Below, piece after piece: positions 40,901-55,519 of a DNA stretch of 64,000 nucleotides (position 1 is the first letter of the stretch; each line of letters opens with the position of its first letter). The notes under the pieces are model-generated. The model had not been told where the DNA came from and made no database searches. It saw only the letters and a program-made list of their open reading frames with translations. The DNA is from Camelus dromedarius (taxonomy: Eukaryota): contig NC_087437.1 of NCBI RefSeq assembly GCF_036321535.1, forward strand, positions 118,174,001 through 118,238,000. The letters are read 5' to 3'. The position numbers and the translations under genes are program-made.

Positions 40901-43499
40901 AAAAAAAAATCCAACTTAATCTTATGCTGATGGTTTACTAGGGTCCAGCCATACCAGTCTCCTCAGTGCCTTGGGGTCCTCAAACCACTTCTCATCCCAA
41001 CATAGATACTGAATGCCTAGCTGGAATATTTCACCATCCTTCACCCAATTTGCTACTACTCATTTTTTGACTCTCAGCTTAAACATCAATTCCTTGGGAT
41101 TTACTCCTGGTCTTCTACCTCTCAGACTGAACCCCATGCCCTTCTTCTCAGCTTCCTACTCCATTTTTTCAGTCTCTTCTCAGTTGTTTGGTATGTGTTC
41201 CCAACTCTTAAAATCTTCAAGAGGGGCACTGCATTATAGATGATGCAAACTTATTCCTGGTATTTAGTGCACTGACTGGTACATAATAGAAATCCTCAAA
41301 TTCATACTGAATAAATAAATAAATACTAAATTTTAAAATATTACGGTTTTCAGACCACATATAGCTAAAAGATTCCTTTTAAGGAATATTTAATATGTAT
41401 TTCATATGTATCATCTATTATAATCTAAATTCCATTATGCAAATCTCAAGGGACAACAAGAATTAGTGGCTGAAAAGAAAAGAATTTCTCAGATATTATA
41501 AGAAGAACACATTTATGATATTTTAGCTACTCTATGTAAGAATGTTCTTTTTATCTGATATGTGTGCAGATTTTGCAACAAGGAAGGAAAAAAGCTCAAT
41601 TTTGCTGTGTGTTTTACAAATCTCCAAAGGGAAAAAATAAGAAAAATGTCAACATTTTGCCCACATTTGTCTAAGTATTGTTTGCAATATCCTTCTAGAG
41701 AGTAAATTCCATGTATGTCTAGGGAATTCACTTTAGAGATGAAGTCTCTCTGTCCCTTTGGATGGATGAAAGTCACCTGCAGTAACATTGCTAGTAGTTA
41801 AGTGTACAATTTCAGAGAAAAATACAGACTATGTAATGAATAATACGTATGTAGTTTGCTATGTTCCAGCATTTACATTTTAAGCTCAAAGGTTTCAAAA
41901 GGCATGAAAGTGCCTAGTGATTTGGAAGAAGCAGAAGACACTCTGGGAATAATGATCACAAGCAGTAAAGCACATGAATAAACCAAAATGATGTAAATGA
42001 CTCCTTAGGATTGGGGAGTACAAAAATGATGGAACAAAAATAGAACAAATTAATGAAGAATGAGGGATGAGTGCAGATTCACACAAGGAATTACAAATTA
42101 AGAAAATCATCAGAAAAAGAGAGTGAGAAATGGAGCTGACAACACAGTAATGTTGACAGAATTGATTCCTGCAAATTAAAAGGCTTGGAGAGAGGGGGAA
42201 ATTACCAAAAAAGAATGTCCAAAAACACAGTAATATGGACTAGAAACAAACCAGCAAAGCAAGAATAAAAATCAGACTATCAGTGGGAGGGAAAGAGTGA
42301 ATTCACTGAAACCAACTTATTCACCCATTCTACGATTAAATAACAAAATGAATTAAAACCAGAGACTACAATGGTACCTCAACAGGAAAATGTAAAATCT
42401 AAGTCCAGTAATGAAACATGATAAAAAAGACACACATTTTTCTTAGTTAATCTCACTACTACAACAGTGTTCAGCATCATTTTCTTTTGCTAGAGCTTCA
42501 CCATGCTCAGAGGCACTGAATTTTCCATTTCGCTCTGGCCTTAGGACTTACATAAGTCTAATTTTTAAGGTAATTTATTTTTTCAGGTAATGCACAGGTT
42601 TTACTTTGTGTTTCAGTGACAAAATGAATGATTATTCTCATAATGGTAAATATACCCTAAGTGGTGGGTGGCAACAATCTTTTGAATTAGAAAGACTCCT
42701 AGAGGATTGACTCTAGTCCAGCCTGGTCCCTCCAATTTACCAATCTGAGTTAGAGATCTGGTCACTGGATTCCTTCCCCTTGTGTGACTCCTTGAGTTTT
42801 CTCCAGTGTGTTAAATCAGGGACCACTCACTCATTCACCACCATTGGCATCTTATGGCTGCCACCATCTTGCATCTTTTCCTCTTTGTCCTTAGGATTAT
42901 GTGTAAATTCCTTTATTGTCATTTTAACGGAGTTTCGGGGCAGGGTGGGTGAACAATGTTGGAGCATAGATGTTTGGTTGTTTTGTTTTACCGGCAATGC
43001 CTACTTTCTCCAAAGCAGTGATGGGAAAAAACTGCGTCTAGGTTCCAGGTATGATACACCCCTCTGTCTTCCCACAGCACACTGGGGAACATTGCACAGA
43101 ACCCAGCTGACTTCATCATTCTCTGTACTTTCATGCCAGCTAATCCATTCTTGCATTTTCTGCCCTTGCTTCATCAAGATACTGCTCATTTATGTGACTT
43201 TGTTCATTGCTGAAACGTTAGTACCCTGGATACAACAAAAGGGACATTATCACCCTTGTACACCATCTGCTTATGTAGCACTGAGTACATAGATCATGCA
43301 ATGAACACTTAAATGTAACTCAAGTCAGGTCTCCCTTGAAGAAGAAAGGACATTTCTTTGGGACAAAAAAAGTGCCATCCTCGTGGGGCTTCTCCATAGT
43401 GGAAGCCTGCTGTCAGGCTCTGGTCTATGACAGCGTGGGGGTCAGGGCCAGCTCTTTCACCTCTCTGGACCTCAGCGTGCCCATTTACAGAAGAAGACG

Positions 43500-44240
43500 T
43501 GGGACTGACCTATAATTCTACACCCAGAGTATCAAGCAATGGGGTGAAGACATTTTTAGATAATGCAAAATCAAAAATTTTACCTCTCATGCACTCTATT
43601 CAAAAACTTATGGAAGATGAATAAAAAGGCAGCAAACCAAGAAAGAAAAATATATGACATCCATGAAACAGAGACTCAACACAGCTGATGAGAAACAAAA
43701 GGAATTTCCAGAGTGACTGTGAAAGATTCCAAGATAAGAACTGTATAGTGGAAGCTAGTCCAGACTGGTGCAGAAAGAAGGCTCCCAGGGAGATGTTTTA
43801 AAGAAAAACATAAACATTCAAAGACCTTGATGTACCTGAATGTGTTCAGAGCAGTACTTTGTCCTGTTGGAGAATTTGGGGGATGAATTAGTTACACATG
43901 CAGTGAAAACTAAGTAAGCAAAAAAGTAAGTAATTATTAATCTTAGGAAACACACAAAGCTATAATAGAAAGGAAAGTGTTTACAGTATACTATGTGACT
44001 CAGCTGTAGCTGAGCTATGTATAAATATTTACGTAGTTATAATAATACAAACCCCCAATACTGATTTAACACCAAATGGTAATACATGGAAAAAATATCA
44101 GAAGGTAAGGAGGGAGGGCATTAATAGTCCAAATAATTAAGTTAAATATATACCTAAACCTGAAAAATTAAATATTTCAATGTAAATAGAATTTGAAAGT
44201 GAAGATCTGAATACTGGAAGAAAGAGCTTAAAAAGGAAAA
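43500..44240 (+). mobile_element. HAL1-like / old L1 fragment
   Basis: 'acctataattctacacccag...gacatttttagataatgcaa...aaattttacctctcatgcac'. Confidence 0.55.
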
Positions 44241-44689
44241 ACACACAGAAAGCAAAAACTATAGGTAAACGTGTTTCTAGAGACTGTATCTCTCTGATCA
44301 CACTAAGGCAGCCCTAACCAACCCTTACATTCAACGATGCTGTCCACGTGTACGAATCACAGTGTGTCTGATCTCACCCTACATCAGCCAACACTGAGCC
44401 CAATGACACACCACAGGCTCTCCTACTTACGAGTCTCAAACATTTAAGAAAAAATAATCTGTTGACTGGGACCCTGATAAATTGATGCTCTAGTTTCCTG
44501 GTCCACTCAGTTACATTCACATTCTGGGATCAGCATTCTTAACATATCACATTCAGGAAGTTCTCTTACCTTCCTCCTCTTCCACAGGATTCTTTTTCAC
44601 ACTTAACTAAAATTTCAGAAAGAGATAAATTAGAACCACACAAGGTACAAAACTATGCTATCCACAAAGTATTAGTTTTTAAGTAAAAG

Positions 44690-45540
44690 AGCTAATGACC
44701 ACTCATTCTTACAGTTGCTCAGAGCAAACACTTGGAGTCCACCCGATGACCCTCTTTTTCTCATGCCTTAAATTCACTGCATCGGGAAGTCCATTAGCTG
44801 CACCTTCAAAATAGACTCCAAGTCAGCTACCTGCTAACTCTTCTGCCACCTCCCTGGTCCAAGCCACCGTCCCTCCTCCTGGGATTGCCATGACGGTGCC
44901 CTATAGATCTCTCTGCCCCTACCACTGCCCCCAACTCATACTCACTGATCCATCAGCCAGATAAACCCAGTTACACATGCCAGGTCCTCTCTCTCCTCTG
45001 CTCAGAGCCCTCCAGGGCCCCCATTCTCCCGCATAAAAGCCAGTCTTTCTCTGTGATCCATGCTCACTGTTCCTCTCTGACATGACCCCTTATTCCTCCC
45101 CCTTGCTCATTCTGCTCCAGCCACATCTCTAGAGCATCCTCACCAGCTCCATCTCTGTCTTTACACATTCCCCCCTCTGCCTAGGATGATGTCTATCTTC
45201 TCACCAAAACCACCTGGCTCACTCCCTCACCTTTTCAAGGCTTTGCTGAGCTGTCTCCCCCTCAATGGGGCTTGCTGACTTATTTAAGCAGAAATTCTCT
45301 CCACCACAGTGAGTGCTCCCAATTGCCCTCATCTGCTCTTTCTCTCCACAGCCTCTATCACCTTTTAGTACACTGCATAATTTACTCACTTATATTTGAT
45401 TGTCTGTCTCTCCCTCCCTTTCAATGTTTAGTTCCTAAAGGGTAGATACTTGATTGGTTTCATTCCCTGATGTCTCCAACTCCTTGAGCAGTTTCCAGCA
45501 TGTAGTAGAATCTCAATGAACATGCTTTGAATTCATGACT
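44690..45540 (+). mobile_element. L2 LINE 3' portion
   Basis: 'cagttgctcagagcaaacacttggagtc...ccctggtccaagccacc...tctgctccagccaca...tggctcactccctcacc...tagtagaatctcaatgaa'. Confidence 0.8.
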
Positions 45541-48383
45541 GTCTTATTAAATGCAATTAATTTATTATTTATTTATTATAATAATAAATTTATTATTATA
45601 AGTAAATAAATCTCAGTGAATTACATCTTAAAATGAATGTTTCACCATAAATGATTCATGATTCCACCTGGGTAGGTATAGAGTACTTTATTTAAAGTGC
45701 TTTTACTTCGAAGCATTTTCTCCCACCACCATCTGATTAAGTCGCCATAGCGTTTGTTGTTACATACCGTATGTGGGGAGAAGAAGGCGTAGACGGGGGA
45801 GGGAGTCAGGTCTCCAGGATCTCATGTTGTGTGTTTCAGGCAGCACAGAGACTAGAGAGTGCTCCCAACAATTGGTGGGGTGCATCTATATATGACATTA
45901 TTGTAATCTCCACTTACATGGCTGGCTAGTCTCATTTCTAGCAAGACAGTATCACAAAGTGCATAATTAACTTTAAATTTAGTTTAAATCTATCATTATT
46001 GTTTCCATTTTGGGTGTAAATGAATAGCTAACATTTACTGAATATGTATTTTGTGCTAGGACTATGCTAAAGTACCGTAATACAAAACTTCATGAATCTT
46101 GAAAACAAATCTTACAGCAGCTATTGTTGCTATTTTCACATTAGGGATGAGAAACCACACGAACTTTGAACCTCGTAGTGAGGGAGAGACATGGGATGTG
46201 GTCCAGGACTCATTTAAGCAGTTTGGGCTCAGGTCCCTCTGAGAATAAGAGGCTTGTCCTGGGCTCTCTCCTCTGAAGGGAGGCCAAGGCACCTACAGTT
46301 CTGAGTTCAATTCCTTAAGGGACAAAATTCTCAAGTTAGCGACCTTTGATCTAAACATCATTGCAGAATAATGATTTATGCTGCTCATAATAAAATGTGC
46401 TTGGCTAGGTACACTGTGTTTCTTGGGGCTCATATCAAAGACTTTGTCATCTTTCATCTTTGTAATCTTTTACCTTTAGATAGAAGCTCAGCAATAATAA
46501 TCTTAGACTAGAACTGCACAAAAAATGGAGAATAAAAAAAAAAAAACCACAAAACTCTGCCACTGAAATGCCTTTGATTATAGCTCTTACTTCCTCTTTC
46601 TTTTCTTTCTTTTCTTTTTGTTCTAGAAAATCTTAATAATGTACCATGGTGTACTTCTTCCAAAAATTAAAACTATAATTAAGGACTGAAACAACCAAAC
46701 CAGAAAACATGATTTCCAGAGTGGTTTCCTCTAAAGACATCTAAGCCCAAATCCACAGTGAAAATGCAGCATGTTCAAAACATATTGTGGCATTAAGGCT
46801 AATTTACAACCACACGAGGTTTTTCCCTGGAGGGACCGAATCTCGGTTGGAATTCATTAATTTTGACACTTTGCCTATCACAGTAGAACGGATTTGCTGA
46901 GTCACAGAGACTTCTCTGAGAAGAAAAGAATCACAATCGCCTTACTATTAAGTATTCATTACAGAGTGGAGTTTGAACATTCTCAAGGCAACCAGATGCA
47001 CCATTAATAACCCCAGAACCTATGAAATGTGGCTTGGGCTTCGCCAAGCAGAAACCCTGCCGCCACTTGAGTCCCTTTCATAATAAACCTAATATCCACC
47101 AGCCAACTGTGTAATGGGCCCAAGCACTCCCTGGGGCGCAGAAGAAGGTCATAAAATAGAGTCCATTATCCCACATTGGAAATTCAACTTGATTCGGATT
47201 TGACACTTCATTTGGAGAAATGTCCTGAAGGCATATCTTTTCTAGAAGGTTAGGGCTGGAGTGGGTGGCTGGCTGTTGCCAAATTAATTCTGCAGAACAC
47301 TTTTAAACTTAAAGGAGTTAAGATTTTTAAAATATTTCCTTCGTGATGACTTCTGAAAATTAAATTGAGTTGTAACATCTGAGAGTTATTACTAGAATGT
47401 TTTAAATTAAACCAACATGGCATCACTCATTTCCAAGAAGGAGCATGAAGACAGTGCCAGACACAGCATCTTTCAGTATTTCATTAAAAAAAAAAAATCA
47501 AATCCTATTTGTAAAGAGAAAGTAGTTCTAACCTTATATGGATCATAATGAGGAAATAATGACCACATAGCCTATCAAAGGACACCCAGGACCACACGCC
47601 TGGCATGCCCTTGATCCCGTTGTGACTGTCTCCACAGACAGAATAACCTAGTGTGAGATGCCAGCAAGAAAGTGCAGGAGAGAGGACAGGTGGCTAGGAC
47701 CAGACTCAATACCAACTTCTAAATCAGTGGTGCCTTCACTTGCATGTTTTGAATGGCTACCGTATCATATTGACATCATACATGGAACTCAGTCACGATT
47801 ACCGAAGACCAACACAAGTACAATCAGGAAATAATAGAAAGCAGTTCTATTACTATTAGGCAAATTTTAGCCAATAGAAATAAACCCATGATCCCAAGGA
47901 ACCATCATCACAAGAACTATTTTTACATTTGCACATTTGGACCAACTCTATGCACTTAAAAGCAAAGTAAATATCTTTGAATATTTTTTTTTCAAAATAT
48001 GAGACCAGTCAACAAGAAGAATGCCAGATACAACACAACCAAATTTCAATAAGGGATGTAGGCACACAACAAAGGAGCCCCAAGTATGAATGTCTGAAGA
48101 GGTGTTTAGGAATAGATCAAAGACAACCTTACAGAAACACTGAAGTGGCATGAGACTGACCATAACTTTGTCTTATTTAATAATTTATTAGTTACTTAAA
48201 TAAATATAATGTTAGGAATGATCCTGAGAATCCTGTTACCAAAAGGAACATTCATTAAATACTGTGCCTGAAACCACTCATTATCTCCTGGGACCTGCCA
48301 GCCCACAGGGCAGGTGCTATTATTAGAGAGAGAAGTTGAGGCAGGACGCCAACAAGTTACACCATGGAGGATGCAGAGAGGAG

Positions 48384-48776
48384 GTACCAGTCTGCTCAAG
48401 CTGCTGTAACAAACTACCACAGACTTGGATGACTTCAACAACAAAATTGTGTTTTCTGAACATTCTGGAGGCTAGAAGTCCCAGATCCATGTGTGAGCAG
48501 CACTGAGACTGCTCTCCTGGTCTTGTAGATGACAGTCTTCTGACTATATCCTCACATGGGCACCGCTCTGTGCATGTATCTCCCTGTTGTCTATCTTTGT
48601 GTCCAAATTTCCTCTTTTTATAAGGTCCTCTATCATTTGCGGCTAGAATCTCATACTAATGGCCTCATTTAATCACCTCTTTAAAGGCTTTATCTCCAAT
48701 ACAGTCATATTATGAGAAACTAGAGGTTAGGGCTTCAACATACAAATTTTGGGAGGACACACTCCAGCCCATCACA
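48384..48776 (-). mobile_element. MaLR LTR (MLT1A/B-like)
   Basis: 'gctgctgtaacaaactaccacagact...ttctggaggctagaagtcc...gttagggcttcaacata'. Confidence 0.85.
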
Positions 48777-50003
48777 GGAGGAAACAAAAACGTGGAGGCA
48801 TGAGAAAAAGAAAATCTGGAACAACCATAATAAAAGAATTCTGAAGATTTCGCAGTGACCACTATGGTAAGAAGATGAAATGTTCTCTAGGCCCCCAGAC
48901 CTTCAGGAAGAAAGTTAAAGGCAGGTAGACTTTGCTCCACGTGTGGCGGACTGTTCTGACGGTTAGAGCTGCCCAACACTGAGCCAGTGTTAGAACGTTT
49001 CAGAGAAAAATGATGTATTGGTGCAGCCAAGGGCCTTGAGGGTTGACTGGACAACTTCTAGGTTCTTAGACCTTTTTACTAAGAAGCAGAAGATAACTTA
49101 AGTGACATGTTATTTCTCTACCTTGGAATAGACATGTTGATTTTATAACTTGATCCCCTTGAAAGCTTTTCTGAGTGATGGGAACAAGGATGTTGTACTT
49201 AATTATATATTAACTCTAATTCCTCAAATAACTGATAGAATTATTGATACAATTTCAAGTGAACATGTTTTGCAAAATGTTACTTTTTGCCCCTAAACTA
49301 GTCCTAATTAGCTACATGTATCCTATAACTGGAAAATCATAGCTCGAATCCAAGAGAAAAACATAAGAATGATGTATGAAAACACTTTTTGAGAGGAATC
49401 AAAATGATGCTGGCAAAATATATGACCACTATCCCTATTTAATGGCACTCTGTGCTAAGCCAGGGCTTGCAGCCAGCACCATGACTACAACAATCATTTG
49501 CTACTCTTCCCACTATTTTCAGAGTCCCTGCTTTTTGTGCTGGGTAAGATCTATGCATTCGGCAGGTCACACAAATGCACAGAATGTTTGGAGGGGTGGG
49601 GAAATGCATAGACAGCTAAATATTTACATGGAAAAATGTTCACATCCATTTTTCTTCTAATATCTGAAAAAAATCCCCTAAAACCAATACCACCACACAC
49701 ACACGAGGCCTTTCTGTGAACACCAAGGGCTGGGGCAGGCACTGGGAGGGGTAAAGAGGTGCACGTGGGTACTCAAGAAACACAAGGCCAGGCAGCTGCT
49801 GTCTTCATGCCAATCCACAAGTGACAGGAATTATAAGGGAAGAAGAAGGAAACAGGAGGGAGGCAGCAGACACAGGGAGCTGGGGGAGACCTGAGGAGGG
49901 CAGTGAGTCCTGCCTGCTGGGATTAGGAGGGACACTGAGGAGGATGCAGCTTTAATTTCCCATTCCGGGGCTTTTCTATCATTTGAAGGGTCCTTATATT
50001 GGA

Positions 50004-50203
50004 GAAGTGGTTCTCCACTGGGGGACATTCGGCAATGCCTAGGACACTGTTGACTGTCCCAACGGGGAAGTTGGGTGGTGGTATGGTATCTAGTGAGTAC
50101 AGGCCAACGGTGCTGCTAAACATCCTACAATGGACAGGACAAGTCCTTAGAATAAAGAACTATCAAGCCCCAAATTCAGTAGTCCCACAGTACAGAAACC
50201 CTG
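50004..50203. mobile_element. MER20 (hAT-Charlie) DNA transposon
   Basis: 'agtggttctccactgggggacattcggcaatg...gctgctaaacatcctacaatggacaggaca...agaaaccctg'. Confidence 0.85.
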
Positions 50204-50839
50204 CATTGGAGTACATGACCCGCAGACTTTCTATCCTTCCCTCCTTCACCTCAGACAAGAGGTGAGTTTGGGAGAAGAGAGTAGCACATTCTCATTTTCT
50301 CCTTCTCTGAGTGGCACCTGTCTGGCTGCAGGGAACGTGTCCTTTAGTCTGTGTCCTCCAAGTGGTAAACCAAGCAGGGTGCAGCTTGGCCTGGTTCTGG
50401 GGTTCAAACTCAGACTTTGTCATAAAAAGATGTTATTTTAATCTCCATCTGACTCACTCTCTCTCTCCTAATTGGTTCCAAGTGTGGAAAGAAAACCCCA
50501 GGATGTCTCATTGGCTTCCTTAAAATCCCAACATCAGTTACCCTCGAATCTAAAATACATGACTGGCCTTAACTAAATTCTCCGAATGTCAGCGCTTAAT
50601 AAACGATGACTAGATTAAGCTCGGTGAGTATTGAATTAGATGTGCATTGACTTGGAGTCATTTGGAGATCCACATCACCCTGAGGAATTCTGAAAGCAGC
50701 CTGAAGATGAAATCGAGGACCTCAAATCCAAGGAAACCCTAATTACAGGCTCTCGGTTTTAATAGCTTCTAAAGAGATCAGAGTGTAGGGCTACTCTAGA
50801 AAAGCCTTTAAAATGTTTTTTAAATTAAAAACAAAATAA

Positions 50840-50975
50840 CGTGTAACTCTGTGTGGTGATGGATGTTAACTAGATTATGGTGATCATTTCCAAATATATA
50901 CATATATCAAATCATTAAGTTGTACACCTGAAATTAATGTAATATTATATGTCAATTCTCTTAATACAAAATTAA
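50840..50975 (+). mobile_element. L1MA-type 3'-end fragment
   Basis: 'gtaactctgtgtggtgatggatgttaactagatt...tcattaagttgtacacctgaaattaat'. Confidence 0.75.
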
Positions 50976-51902
50976 AATTTTAAAGTGATATTTTTTAGAT
51001 GATCCATCACCACCATGGAAAAGGTCTCTTTTAATGGCCAGAGCCTAGAGTTAAGCCATGAGAACAAAAATCCTTCCTTTCTTCCTTCCAAGGACTGCAG
51101 CACGAATGTAAATCACAGCACTTTCTTTTCACCTTATTGCAGTGTGAGCCTGGTCTGCCTCTTTGAATGTAAATAGAATTGTTTATGAAGTCTGCATATA
51201 ATGTACCAGCAGCCTTGTCTCTGAAAATTCAATTAAGCCCTCCATCCCATCTTTGCAGTCAGAGACTTTCAATACATTTGGTTCCCACTTGATTTTCCAA
51301 GACCTTCTTTTCAGTTAGGATCTTATTTTTGAAGAATGCTACATGTACATGGAGAGTATAGAAGTGGTTTACCTGCTTGCTTAATATACGCAATCTCTCC
51401 CCCCCGACTCCTTTCAGCTCTGTCAACTCCACCTTCTAGGACTCCAGAAGGTGAGGCTTTGCCTCACATATTTATGTAGAAGAAAAATACAACGTGCTTT
51501 TGGAAGAGAGGAGAGCAGACAGAGTAAGAGAATTCGCGGTTTTGACTCATTATGTTCATTTACATCTATGACACAAAACAGAAATGCTCATTGGTTTAAA
51601 ATTTAATTTATCAACTATTCACAAATCAATTTTAAAAACTGCTAAGGCATCCAGAGATAAATTGGCAAAGGAATTAATCACTCTCTCCTCATCCCATGTC
51701 CACGTGCCTGTAATTGCGTGGATAGCACTGAGTTATATTGATTCCCGTTGCTCGTCTTTCTCTCCCACTAGAATAAAGGTTTCAGAGAGGCAAGGACTGT
51801 AACCCATTCATCCTAGGGTTCCTAACATCTAGCCCAGTACAGACACAAATGAGGTACTTCATAATTTTTTACTGAATTTAATTCAATTCAAAGGATATAT
51901 GA

Positions 51903-52032
51903 CAATATATGACACATGAAATGTGACAATGAGTGTGTATATGTCCATGAATGACTGAAAAATTGTGCTGAACACTGGAATTTGACACATTGTAAAATGA
52001 TTATAAATCAATAAAAAATGTTAAAAAAAAAA
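51903..52032 (+). mobile_element. Very short young L1 3'-end insertion with perfect 14-bp TSD
   Basis: TSD caaaggatatatga at 51889-51902 and 52033-52046. The body matches the 3' end of the L1 at about 27158-27270. Confidence 0.9.
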
Positions 52033-53724
52033 CAAAGGATATATGAGCAAAGAAGTCACAAAAGAGGAAACACAACTGATTAAAGAACATGTAGAATTTA
52101 TAGCAACTAAAGAAATGCAGAGATAGCCACATTGTTTAAAATGCACTTGCACTCACTTAAAGGAAAGTGTATACACATTTTAAAAAGCAACGTGGTAATA
52201 AATACCAAGATGCTGAAAAATGTTATAATCTTTCACTCAGTATTTCTGCTTTGAGAAATCTACTTTATAATACTATAATACTAAAATGTACTATTTGAAG
52301 TACTTAAGTACAAGTGTGCTGAGAAACTTTGAATGTCATTGTATCTTTTAATCCTCAAAAGACAATACAACAATCTTATGGGGTAAAGAGTAGTCTAATT
52401 TTAAGAATGAGAAACAGAGGCTCCTGGCTGTTACCTAAAATAAAGAGACCATGGGGGCCACATGGTTGCAGAGTGGCAGAGCCACGATTCAAACCAGATC
52501 TGCGGAATTTCCAAGCTTTTTCACTTGTGATGTATTTTGTTGTTATGATCTTAAACAGCATAGATGTTTCTACCCCAAAGTATTCTTCTCAATCTTATTT
52601 AAAACCTTACAAAGTGGGAAATTATCTAAATAAACCATAAGAAGAAAATAACTCAGGTGCATTTGCTTAGTAGGTATATTATTTATAGATTAAAAATCAT
52701 ATTTAAAAATTATATTATATTATGAAATACTATAGAAAATAAGATACAATGTTAAGCAGAAAGCACAATTGTGTTTTCAATTAAAAAACAAGTTTATATG
52801 TAGAAAAGAAGACTATGAGGAATATTCTAGTATTATGGGAGTTAGGACTATAAAAGATGTTTTCCCTTAATGTCTTGTTTTTACTAGTGGATGGTTTTAA
52901 CTAATGGATTTCTTGAATTCTGACTGTTAGTTATAAAGGCAGGTTTTGATTTCATTTGAAGGCAGAAATGATGTACATTACAAGATTGCACGGTTGTTAA
53001 AACACTTTACCCAGCCACGGAAGAAGTTTGCATTTAAAAGCTCAGCAACCTCTATGTCTTGGGTCAACAACTAATTACAGGGCTGGTGGCACTAAGACAC
53101 AGGGAGGAGAGAGCAATCCTCAGTCTCTTCTTCTGATGACCCTAAAAGCCAGGACTTATTAGGAGGAGAGAGCCGGGGGCAGCCTCTTCTTGACTGTGTG
53201 TTTGCTTTCTCTGACATTATTGTACTGACCACCGTCTTGCTAAAGTTTTGTGGGACGATTCTATTTGCTGGGCTGCTCGGCTGGATCTCTGTTTAGCCCA
53301 ACAACAGCAATGGGACTTAAGAGAAAAGAATTTATCCAAATCTCAAGTTATTTATCACTAAAATGGGACTGAAAAAAAAAAACTGGCTTATATTTATGTA
53401 AGTAAATATGTATATTGAGTGTTACTGCTGGCCAATAAATGTTCGATGAAGGATAGGTACTATTATTAGCGTTAAAATAGTAGCAGTAATAAAGAAAACA
53501 ATGCTGATAATAAAATAGCCACGGAATTAAAAATTACTACGTTTCAAGTGTCAATGGGTGCAATGCTACTGATGGATGTCCTTTACTGGCCGGAGTCTCT
53601 TTCTAGCTCTTCGTCCCTCCTTCCCTCCCTCTGTATGAAGAGCTGGGAATCTTTCTACCCATCTGCTCATATCTTTGGCCACCCAAATATACCCACACCC
53701 TGATTCCTCCCACAAGACCTCGAA

Positions 53725-53965
53725 GAGTGGTGGCTAAGAACATTCCAGAACTAGACTAGACTACCCAGGTTTGCATCTTAGATCTACCACATTCCAACCA
53801 CATGACTGCGGGTAAGGTAATGACCTTCTGGCTGCCTCTCTTTCCACATTGTTAAGATTAAGGTATTACTAGAACTGACCTCACAAGGTTACTGTGATCA
53901 TTAAGTGGGCCAGCATGAGGGAGCATTCAGAACAGTGTGGGCATGTAGCACATGGTCAGTCAACA
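53725..53965 (+). mobile_element. MIR SINE
   Basis: 'gagtggtggctaaga...ccaggtttgcatcttagatctaccac...acctcacaaggttactgtgatcattaagtg'. Confidence 0.65.
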
Positions 53966-54084
53966 CGGTCCTGTATCTTCATCAAGATGCTAATACCGGG
54001 AGGCAGGCTGCAGCTTTTAAAATGGTTCACTTAATCACCTTTGACAACAAAAACAAAACAGAAATAAAAAGAATACAAGAAGCC

Positions 54085-54548
54085 TATGATAGTTGATTTT
54101 ATATGTCAATGTGCCTGGGCAACAGTACCCAGATACTTAGTTAAACATTATTCTGTATGTTTCTGTTAAGGTGTTTTTTGGATGAGGGTAACGTTTAAAT
54201 CAGTGGGCGTTAAGTCAAGCAGATTGTCCTCCAGAATGTAAGTGTGTTTCATCCAATCACTTGAAGGTCTTAGCAGAACCAAAAGGCTGACCCACCCCAA
54301 GCAAGAAGGAATTCTGCCAGCAGGTGATCTTTGGACTTGAACTGCAACTCTTCCCTGGGTCTCCGGCCTGCCAGCCTACGCTGCAGGTGTTGTGCTTACC
54401 AAGCCTCCACAACCACGTGAACTGATTCCTTAAAACAACTCCCTACCCACCTGTCTGTCTGTCTGTCTGTCTACATGCACACACACACACACACGGCACA
54501 CCACATAAACACACCCTTCTGTTCTGTTTCTCTACATAAACCTAACAC
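54085..54548 (+). mobile_element. MLT2 (ERVL) solo LTR with internal (CTGT)n/(CA)n
   Basis: 'tgatagttgattttatatgtcaa...aaacattattctg...ggaattctgccagcag...ttctgtttctct...aaccctaa-like' matches the recalled MLT2 consensus. Confidence 0.85.
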
Positions 54549-54743
54549 AAAACACAAAACAGCTTGCTTTACAAAGGATGGATGAGCTCTTAAGTGATCT
54601 TGGCAGGACTTCTCCTCAGCTTGCCCTTCTGCACCTCGCCCCAGGAGAAAAATTCCTCAAGGATTAGCTCCTTGAAGGCAGAAACAGTGTCTCATTCTCT
54701 TCAGGCTCTCCAGCGCCTTCTTCTGATCCCTCGTCCCCTAGCC

Positions 54744-54875
54744 CAGTGGCTCTCAAACTGGAGAATGATCAGAATCCCCATGAGAGCTTGGTAAAAGACA
54801 GACTGCTGAGCCCCTCCCCAGAGTATCTGACTCAGTAGGTCAGAAGCAGGCACTGAGCTGCCAAGTGATCCTGAT
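54744..54875. mobile_element. MER5A-like fragment
   Basis: 'cagtggctctcaaactggagaatgatcagaatcccc...cagagtatctgactcagtaggtc'. Confidence 0.7.
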
Positions 54876-55519
54876 GAGGATGGTGGGGGACCACCCATGC
54901 ATGGAGTACCATCACTCTCCATCCAGCCAGTGGAGAAGTAAGAGAGCTTGGAGAAACACAGCCCCTGTTTAACATTCAAGGCCCAGCAGTGGCATCACTT
55001 CAATTCACTCCCCAGCACCACGGACCAGTCACAGGGAACCAACCCCCCTAACCCACCCAGGGGAAAGCAGGTAGGAAATGTGGTCTGTGGCTGGGCTGCT
55101 GTTCTTCACACCGATTCTGTGATGGATGGGGCAGGGGTCCTGGTGGGGACTGAGCCATCCCTGTAGGCTCCAGTTAGTCTTTGACAGAACTAGCTGTACT
55201 CGTGACGGATTCTGAAAGGTCATGTTCCGTTTCTCTGGATCTTCTGCGCATTTGGTTTGCTTTGCAGGCTTCGGCTAAGGAGAGAATGATGTTCCCTTCC
55301 CCCCTCATCTTTCTTTATCTTAGCCATTGACAAAGGCGAGGAAGGGGTACAAGCCAACTAGACAGGTGACAAGAGGACAGAGATGGAGGCGTCCTGCCGT
55401 GTGGACTTGGACAAACTCTACCACACGGGGCAGGCAGTGATTGAGAGTGACTTGTTTGTACAGGAAAGGGGTGTGGGTACTCAAAATTTCTGTCTTTCTT
55501 GGTGTTAATTTAATCCGAG

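Noticed and set aside
42780..43292. Longest ORF in the track (170 aa)
   Set aside because: Non-ATG start, no recognisable domain, composition typical of random intronic sequence, and antisense to DSCAM.
45555..45610. AT-only quasi-palindromic tracts (also 12315-12365)
   Set aside because: Low-complexity (TAA/TTA)n sequence, where self-complementarity is expected by chance.
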